A stretch of DNA of 59,352 nt from positions 1-59,352 of IMG/VR virus record IMGVR_UViG_3300030406_001933; one strand, written 5' to 3'. The first letter of the stretch is position 1. Each line of letters starts with the position of its first letter. This stretch comes from a virus. Lineage: Duplodnaviria; Caudoviricetes. The notes under the pieces were generated by a model. That model was not told the origin of the DNA and ran no database searches. It saw only the letters and a program-made list of their open reading frames with translations. A program made the position numbers and the translations under genes. Shown here one piece after another: positions 35,065 to 44,500 of the stretch.

Positions 35065-35509
35065 AAAATACATACATACCAAATAACAATCCAACTGCAC
35101 CAACAAGTATACCAAGTATAGTCCAGAACAATTGCATATTCTCCTCGTATTGTATTCTTTTCTGATGTGCTATCTTTTTGGCTTCTTCTTTAGCTGCGTG
35201 TATTCTGTCTGCTCTTTCTTTTAGTATACCTGCCCAAGTTCCGTGACCGAATCTTAGGTCTATCAATTGACCCATTTCATTTAATCTCTCCCTGGCGAGC
35301 TTTGCGTTTATTGTTTCTTCTGCTACAGAGTGAACAGAAAACATACTTCTTTTGTTTCTTTTTCTATTGATTTGGCTTTCGCCTTCAAACATATCGTCTA
35401 TGTGTTTAGCTAATTTAGATACATCATTGGCGTTCTGCACAAGTTTTTTAATTTGTTCAGCTGCTTTATTGACTAAGGTAATTCCTGTTATGATTTCTGC
35501 AAATACCAA
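35054..35509 (-). CDS. Conserved hypothetical protein with C-terminal TM helix
   Basis: 151 aa, RFGHGTW motif, last gene of the virion operon. Confidence 0.75.
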   Translation of the reverse strand: MVFAEIITGITLVNKAAEQIKKLVQNANDVSKLAKHIDDMFEGESQINRKRNKRSMFSVHSVAEETINAKLARERLNEMGQLIDLRFGHGTWAGILKERADRIHAAKEEAKKIAHQKRIQYEENMQLFWTILGILVGAVGLLFGMYVFFKN

Positions 35510-35518
35510 TTCTCATCT

Positions 35519-38500
35519 CTATTTAAATTTTGCAAACAACTTATCAAAGTCGCTAGCCTTCATAGCATCAAATACATTTCCGCCTTCAGATTGTGATCTA
35601 CGACCAGTTTGTTCTCCTGCTAGTAAGTCAGTACCACCTTCTGTGAATACTTTATTACCACCAGCTACTGGTATTCTTCTTAATAGAGTTCTTATGAATG
35701 CTCTTTCTGATGAGTTACTACCATCTCCTTCTACTCCTGGTATTGATTCTCTAGCTAATTCTATACCACCACCAACATTAGCTGCTGCATCAAACAATAC
35801 ACCAGTTGATGGACCACCAATCGCAGACATCATTCTAGCCGCACCATAGTATCTATTGTCTGCTTGTGCTGCTGTGTTAAAGAATAATTCTGCTAGTAGA
35901 CCTAGACCACCTAAAGCAACTATACCCTCTAAGTAGTGACCAAGGAATTTATCTGCATCTTTACCTAAGTTTTGTTGTAGCCATCTATCTGCATCTTCAC
36001 CTTCAACACCAGTGAATACTTTAAATGTTTCACCCACTGCTGTTTTACTGAATTTTCTTTCTCTTAGTGCTGCTTCTCGTCCATCTTCTCCACCTCTTTG
36101 TAGAGTGTAATCTTTTATAGTATTAGCCATCATACCAAAACCACCACCGACAGTTAATAAAGCTATCATTGGTTTAAAGTTTTTGTATTTCCAAGCTTCG
36201 TCTACTACACCACCTTCACCAAAAACCATACGCATCATCATTAATGGGAATGATTTAAGTTGGAATACCATTGAACCAATAGGATGTTGTGCCCAAAGAG
36301 GTACATCATTTGGATCTGGAGTAAAGATTGTTTCGTTTACAAACCTCATTGTAGCGTATCTAAAGTTATCATCTTTGGCTACGGTTTTCATATCAGCCAT
36401 TCTTCTAGAACCAGGCATAGCGTATGCCTCTAGACCATATCTTTTTAATAACCTTAAGGATTTTCTATATGCTGCACTATCTATTTGACCTTTTGCTATA
36501 AGCTTTTGTGCCATATCAGCTTCAGCTTTAAATGTATTGTAACCGACTACAGCAGACACCTCTCTCATAAAGTTTGTCCAACTCTGTAGACCAGTGCCAT
36601 AGAAGAAAGCGTGCTGGAATTGTTGAGATCCATCACCAGCCATATGGGTCATTCTATCGTGTATTAGGTTTTCAACACCTACACCTATGTCTTTAGCTGC
36701 TTGTCTATACTCTGGGCTACCCAAAGTTACATCTTTCCAAGCTTTCATCCAGCCCTTGAAATTACCAGTTCTAATTAAAGGTAATGCCATATCAGGTATA
36801 GATGTTAATGTTGTCCAACCAAGTAGAGATACAGAGTTAAACGCTCTCATCTTTTTACTTACATTGTTTAACATTCTACTATCAGACATTGGTCGTCTTT
36901 CTAGTACATCATTAATACTTCTTATAAATCCTTCAGATCCTTCTGACATACCTCCAGGGAAATCTTTTAGACCATTAACAACTGCGTCTATTCTTATTTT
37001 TAAGTTAGCCATTTGACCTGGGTTTAAGCTACCAGTGTCTGTAAGAGCAAGTAACCTTCGTCTAGCTGCATCTACTCTTGCGTGAACTGTATTTGTGTTA
37101 GTGTTAATTAAGCTTGCTTGTATATCTCTAAGTATTTCTTTTAGATGAGCACGCTCTATTTGATTAGGCGTAGGTATAACTATGTGTGATACTTCAAGTA
37201 CATCATCACCTGTAGACCTAGGCATAGTTATAAGTTTGTTTTCACTTAGTATATCAGCAGCACCTTCCACACCTAACTTAGCAGTTACCGTGTATGCGTT
37301 TAGTCCGTGACCACCAGCACCAAAGTTTTTAGCCATAAGTTTCTTTCTAGTAGTCTTGTCAAAGTATTTAGTAATAATACCTTCAAGATCATCTACTAGA
37401 TAATCTGCAAACTCAGGATAAGTATCTTTGTTTAGTGTAATAAATCTTTGGTAGAACGGATCACTTGTAATACCTGAAGTTCTAGCGTCTACATCAACAT
37501 CAATTCTACCATCTGTGTCTATGATTCTATTCATCATATTAGATGCAATTTCAGCTATCTCTCTAGGATCTACATTTTTACCTTCCATTCTTTTTTCACG
37601 AGTAATAAATCTTTGTAGAGATTCTACAAAAGCTTTAGGATTTTCTCTTACAATATCTGCATTCCATATCTGTGGTACATAATATTTAGTTCCATTACGA
37701 AGAGTAACATCACCAACTGGTATACCAAGATTGTGTAGATCATTTAGTTCAGTTTTAAATAGACCTACTAAATGATTTGCTATTTGTTTTTCTGCATCAT
37801 TAAGATTGCTTATGTCCCCAGCTCTCATAGCTCTTATGATTCTTTTGTGAGATGCAGGAGGAGCAACAGCTTTTTCAGGAACTGCTCTACCTAATAAAGG
37901 TATTGCTTGAAAGAATGGTGCTGTTTTATTTATGTATCTCTTAACTGGATTACCATAGTCTGGTAATTTCTGTAACATCTGCATAACTGGCTGTATTCTT
38001 TTAGCCAAGTCTGCTGCGTGCATCTGATATATACCTGGTCCATCTTTAGGTTTAATTAAATTACCTAACCAAGCTGCACCTATTTTTCTTAGATGTGCAG
38101 AGTTTTCACTGATAAAGTTTGTAGAATAATTCTTTTCAATTACCTCAACATCATCAATGTCTATAGCTTCTTTTCTTAGAGTTTTCTTAACAAACCCTTG
38201 TAAAGCATCTGGCATACCTAGTTTTTGTGCCTTTGATCCTATGTTTACATAGTCAGAATCTTCTAGTTTCTTATTAAGTTCAACGACATCTTGTAGTAAC
38301 TGACCATTTAATGATTGGTGTTTGTCATTCATATTGGAAGCAAACTCAGGATTTACTACACTATCTTCAACATCTGCATCAACGGTTCTTAAAGATTTAT
38401 TATTGTGTATTACTATTGCGTCTACAACATCATTAGTTACTGGGTGTGGTTCAGTAATTAAGAATCCATCATAACCAAGCTGGTTAAATGCTCTAGTAAT

Positions 38501-41500
38501 TAAAGTCTTGGCTTCTGCTTCAGAACGACCAGATGTTGTTAATGTATCTACAAGGTTTTGATAGAAATCAGATCCATCTAATTCACCTTGTAATCTAAAT
38601 TCATTTAACATCCTTGTCATTTCCTGATCTTTGAAAAGACCAGTAGTTTGTAGTTCTTTCATAAAGAACCCAATATCGTTTGGCTCTCCACTTCCTACTG
38701 AATATGTAGCGTTATCACTAAAATCAAACATATTGTCTGCACGAACAAACATAGGAACAACTTTAGGATTTCTTCTTACTTTGGTAAATTGACCTAATCT
38801 TTCAAACAGCTCTTCGTTTTTAAGCATAAGTCTTTCGTAGACCTGTGCATCTTGCAACATAGTATATGCAGGATCACCATCAACAGGCTCAACAATACCT
38901 GCTTCCATTTCATCCATACGATTAAGAGTTGTTTTTCTTATATCTCTACCAGCATAAGCTCTAGATATATCATTAAGCTTATAGTTGTTTTCCATTATGT
39001 CATTAATGATTTCATCTGTAATAGCAATTACATCTGGATCATCAGAATCAACCATAGCTTTCAAAGAGTTCTTGTGAGTAAACCTTGCATATGTTTCTGA
39101 TGCTGTAGGATCTTTTGCTAAGTAGACACCTGGTCCATATAATGAATCAGCATTAGATGGTTTTGGTCCACGAGCACCTTTGTATTTATTAAAGGCATCA
39201 CCATTTGGTGTTCCGTGATAGAACACATAATCTAATAGATTGTCTGTAGACCTAGCGTTTAAGAACTCACGATGTGATAAATCAGCAGCATCACTAAAAC
39301 TAGATATAGTTTCAGAAGCATATTTTTTAGCTAGATGTAGAGTACCACTATTACCAGTTTGGTCTACGGATCTTTTGATTGGGTGTACTGAAGCTGCATC
39401 ATAGTGCATATCTCCAAAGTAAGTTAGGTATCTATATCTTTGTCTTAATTTTTTATTACCTATCATCTTATTAAGAAGATAAGCTGAATGTTCAGTTACA
39501 GAATCAAGACTATCTTCTAATAAAGCAGACCCTGATAGGTTATTGTATAGTTCTCTCTTTGTAGTTTTTTGAGATAAGATGTCATTAAATCCATCAATGA
39601 ACCATTTAACTGCAGCACCTTTAGGATTTGGAACATTAAAACTTTCAGATATTTTAACTGCACGAGCTTCACCAAGTTCAAGTGCTTCTTGATAAGCATT
39701 GTTAATATTAATCTTACCTTCTTCATCAATAGCAGAGTGGTACATTAAGTAACCAACCTCGTCTATGACGGTATATTCTCTACCAACAGGTTTACGAGAG
39801 GCTATTGTATTAGGATATTCAATCTTACTCTTACCGCTTTTTAAATTTTGTGCAATTTTTCTAGCAGTTCTTCTAACTATATTTAATACTTCTCCATTGT
39901 TAGCGTGTTCAAATGTACCATAGTTAGCACCAAAGTAACTTTCTGGGAATAAACCACCAACATCATCCATAGTTAGGAAGTTGTTAGAAGCATTCTTATC
40001 AAATTGAGTTTTACCTAGAATATTTAATAGTCTGTATGTAAATGTTCTAGCGTTGTTCTCAACAAGAGGATCTCTGTGTGTAACCTTTCTTAAAAATTCT
40101 TTTATGTAGACGGGAGTTCTTGCAGGAATCCCGTTCTCTCCACTAACACCTTTAGATTGTTCTACCTCTTTCATCACCATTCTTTTGACTGGTGCTTTTC
40201 TAGGCATTAGATTTAGACCATCAGGCTGACCTCGTAGGACATACATAGCGTAGTCCATTCTAGCTTGATAACCTTGGTTATATCCTTCTTGAAGTAACTG
40301 AACAAAATCTCCAGGTGTGGTTGCAACACGACCATTAGATAATCTTGTTATATTAGGATCTGCTTCTATTGATCTTTGTATTACAGAAAACTCTGGAACT
40401 TCTGGATCAGATAAAAGTTTCTGAACCAGTTCAGCAGTTAGGTCTTTAGTTCTAGCAGTTTGTTTCTTACTTACTTTAGTTTCATCAGCTATTTCTCTAA
40501 TAGACATCTCTTTAGGAGATTGTTTAAGAGTTGAAGATTGACCTTGTTTGCCAAGAGTTTTCTTCATAATAGAGTCAGCTTGTTTTTCTAAATCCTCTAT
40601 TTGTTTAATTCGTCCTGTTAATTGTCTATTAACATTATCTCTTTTTCTCTTAGCGTTAAGAGATCTAAACCTTTTAGTTGATTTATTTTTAGCACCTTTA
40701 ACATATACTTGTTCATCTCTACCAACAGAAGTAGTGATATCAAAGCCATCCATCTCACCAAAGATGTTATGTAACTGCCTTCTTAATCTTTTTTCTGCAT
40801 TCTCAATGTTAGCTAGTACATCAAAAGCTAAAGCTCTTGTTACTGCAAGTTGGTCTATATTGTCAGGAGTTTGATTAGCAGCAGCATTTTCCATAACCAA
40901 TGCAGTCAATGACTTGTTACCACCACCTTGAATATCAGTGGTACCTAACTGCATAGACATAATATCTTCTGCGTCTACATTGTAGTTACCATCATCTGCA
41001 GCCTGTTCTTTTATAAGCCTTTGTATCTCTCTAGCGTTGGCTACATCAATAGCTCCCCGTTCTCCTTTACCAGCAGTAGCTTCTAATGCACCAAGATATT
41101 GACCAGGTGTTGCTTGTGAATATTTACCAGCTTTTTTATCAGCATCAATAAATCTTGGGTCACGCATTTTCTTAGCGTGATTTATAATTTTCCAATACGC
41201 ATCAGTAATCTTTGTAAATGTATGGTAATCAGATTGGTTTCTGTGTCTTGGTACAGAACCATCAATATCTACCAACTCGCCTTCTTCAAAGAATCTTTTT
41301 CTATTGTGTTTACCTTTTCTACTTCTTGTAGGATTGCCAAACCTTTTAGTTACTTTATCTCTACCCCTAGCATTTCTTAAGAAAGAGTTAAGTACGGTAG
41401 CAGCACTAGGTCTATCAGTTTCAAGACCTCTACCACCTAAAGCAGATAAAAGTTCTTCGTGACTTCCATCTAAGGCTTTGTCAATTTTACTTCGTACTTC

Positions 41501-44500
41501 ATCTAAATCCATTAACACAGATAACCTGTACTTGGTTTTTTGATCTGCGTTAGCAAACTTACTTAATAGATTTGCATACCTATTTACAGGATCTCTATCT
41601 GGAAATATTCTTTGGAATAAAGGTATAAGATCTGGGTCTATAGCAGATAGATGTGTAGCTGGAGTAGCCTCATCACCACCAACTCCAAACCACCTTCTTA
41701 TAGTTTCATTTACAGTTCTACCTATTCTTTTCCACATAGACATTACTTCATCGTATGTGCCAGCTTTATTTTTAGCTATGGCATATTGGACGAATTGTTG
41801 TGCAAAGAACTCTGAAGGAGAACTTAATTCATTACCTATGTGTGGATCACCAGGTAGTCTTGCTTTTAGAGCACCAAGATCTACACCATCATCAGTTACA
41901 TATTTACCTATAGTATTCCAAAATTGTTTCTTATGACTGGCGTCTAAAATATTGTTGTAAGCCCAATGTCCGAGTTCGTGCAAGACTGTGATTGAAGGTG
42001 GTAAACCATTAGCGTTTATATTATTTAGATCTAAACCAATAATATTTTGCATACTGCCATCATTTGGTCCTGAACCAGGTCCGAAGTATGCACCTCTCAT
42101 TTGCTCACCTTTAACTATTGCAAAGTTTGGTGAAGCTGCATCAAGTTCAGTTCCTGCCATTCTAGACATAACCATTAAGACAGCATTTATATCTCCTTGG
42201 TTTACATTTGCTGTAGACATAATAGTAGCAAACTTTTGCCAAGATGTTTCTCTGCTACGATTAGGTAGTTTAATACCTCTTGGTATATGTCTTTCAACAA
42301 TACCATTAAGTAAATCTAATTGTCTTATTACAGCTTGAACATCACCTTTTGATTTTAACTTAGACCAAGGTGTTTGTTCTAATATCTCAATACTTGTTAA
42401 TACATCTCCGACAGTTTTATGTCTTGATTTAAACTCTGCATCATTAGGTATTAACTTATCTTCTAGTTTTACATTAGACGCTCTCTGTAAACCAACTGCC
42501 CCTGGCTCCATACTAATATCGCCTTTGGTATTAGTTATTTGTTTTTGTTTAGGGGTTTTGTCTACAACTCTAAATGCTTGACCAATGTCGGTCATAGGCT
42601 CAAAAGATTCTAGTTTTGCCAATGCACCATCTGCGTTAGCATCAACCGTACCTATAATATAATTTTCTTTTGATTGTTTTTTAAGAACATCAAATACAGA
42701 TGAGCCATCAAGTTGTTTTTGACTAGGAGTTCTTATTGTATTTGCATACTCTCCAGTTTCTAAATAGATACTTAATGCTCTACCCTTTGGTACTTTAGGT
42801 AAGTATTGACTTAAAAATGTATTAAGTCTTGGGTCAGCATTTTGTTCTACTTCTGTAGGCTTGACAGTATCGTCTACTGGATTTGATTGTGGTTCTTCAG
42901 CAGCGTTCTCGTATGTATTAGTTTTAGTATGGTCTTTTCTACGGAAATTCTTAGTAGACCCAGTGTCAGTTAAGTTTGATGTAGCAAGCTTTCCAGACTT
43001 ACCTGCTTGTAATACTTGTATTTCAAACATTTCTGGAAGAGATCTTTTAGCAAAATCAGAACTTGCGAATCTATGCACTGTATCTAATTCATTAGAATGT
43101 ACTTCGTAGACATCACCCCTCTTCATTATTCTTCCTATTCTCTTACCTAAGAAGAAAATGTTTTGGGCGTCTGCAATACCATCTATGTTTTTTATTTTAA
43201 AATGATTGTTTACATCAACTTCATATCCTTTGAAGTCAATAACATCTGGCTTATTTCTACCTACTGGTTTTGTATCAGGAGATTCTTTACCTAACTGAAT
43301 CATTCTATTAACAATAGAACTTACACCTAAGTCATAATCTTCTTTAGATATTTGACCAGATGTCAATTCAGAAACGAGTTCATTTAACTCTTCCTTCATC
43401 TTTAATTGAATTGCTTCAGCATTTACATCTTGGTCTACAATCTCTTGTGCTATCTCCTCGTCTACTTCGTCAAGAGGTTTACCTGTGTATTCTTCAATCT
43501 TTTGTTTAGCTATAGCTTTATCTTCAGCAACACCTTCCATATGTGCTTTTTTGATATTAGCCAAAGCTTTTCTGTTAAGTGTTTTAGCTCTAGGATCTCC
43601 ACCTAAATCTTTGATCTGAGCCTTAATTCTTTTCTTGTCGTTTAATAAACCTTTTATCTGCAATTTAACCAAAGGTGATTCTGCTTGGTTTCTTAATTCA
43701 GATAGTGATTTATTTATAGCCCTTAGATCTCTTTGTGCTAAAGCTATATTATAATTCTTACCACTTTTATAAACTAGATTTTCATTACCCGCTTTTTCTT
43801 TTGGAGTAGAATGGGTAAATCTTTTTCTTAAATCTTTAAGAGCTTGTCTTACTTGTTTATATGTAGCAGTGGTATCAGTTACATTGTCTGCAGGTATGTC
43901 GCTTTTACTTTGATATACCTTACCTGTTACTGCATCACCAATTCCTGCAGTTCCTTCTGGTGCTTCTATTCTTTCGTAGGTTAGGTTACTAATCTTTTCA
44001 TACTTACCATCAACTAATTCCTTACCAGACTTTTGTACTTTGTTATGTATGTCTGTGTCAGATACAAGTTTGTATACCCAAGACTTTGTTCCGTCTGAGT
44101 TTCCAGGAAATTCTTTAAACCCTTCTGGTGTAGAAGTTACATCTTTTACATCAATTGTAAGAAGTTCATTTGCTCTACCTCTTGGTGGAACAAAAGTAAT
44201 ATTTGCAACTTTTAATATGTCCCTTGACATTTGATACAGCTCGTTAGCTGTTATATAAGCATCTCCACCTTTATCTAAACTTCTTATAGAAGATTCTATT
44301 TGTGTTAATGCTTTGTCTATAACAACAACTTTATCTGCTTCAAAACCATAGGTAGCATTTTCAACTCTTTTACCATCTACCTTAGATGTTTTTCTTTTTG
44401 TTTTTAAACCTGTGTTAGCATCAATGTATGCAAACTTTTCAAAGTCAGCTTCTTCACGACCAGTTTCACTTCTACTATCTAACTTAGCATCAAGTAGAGC

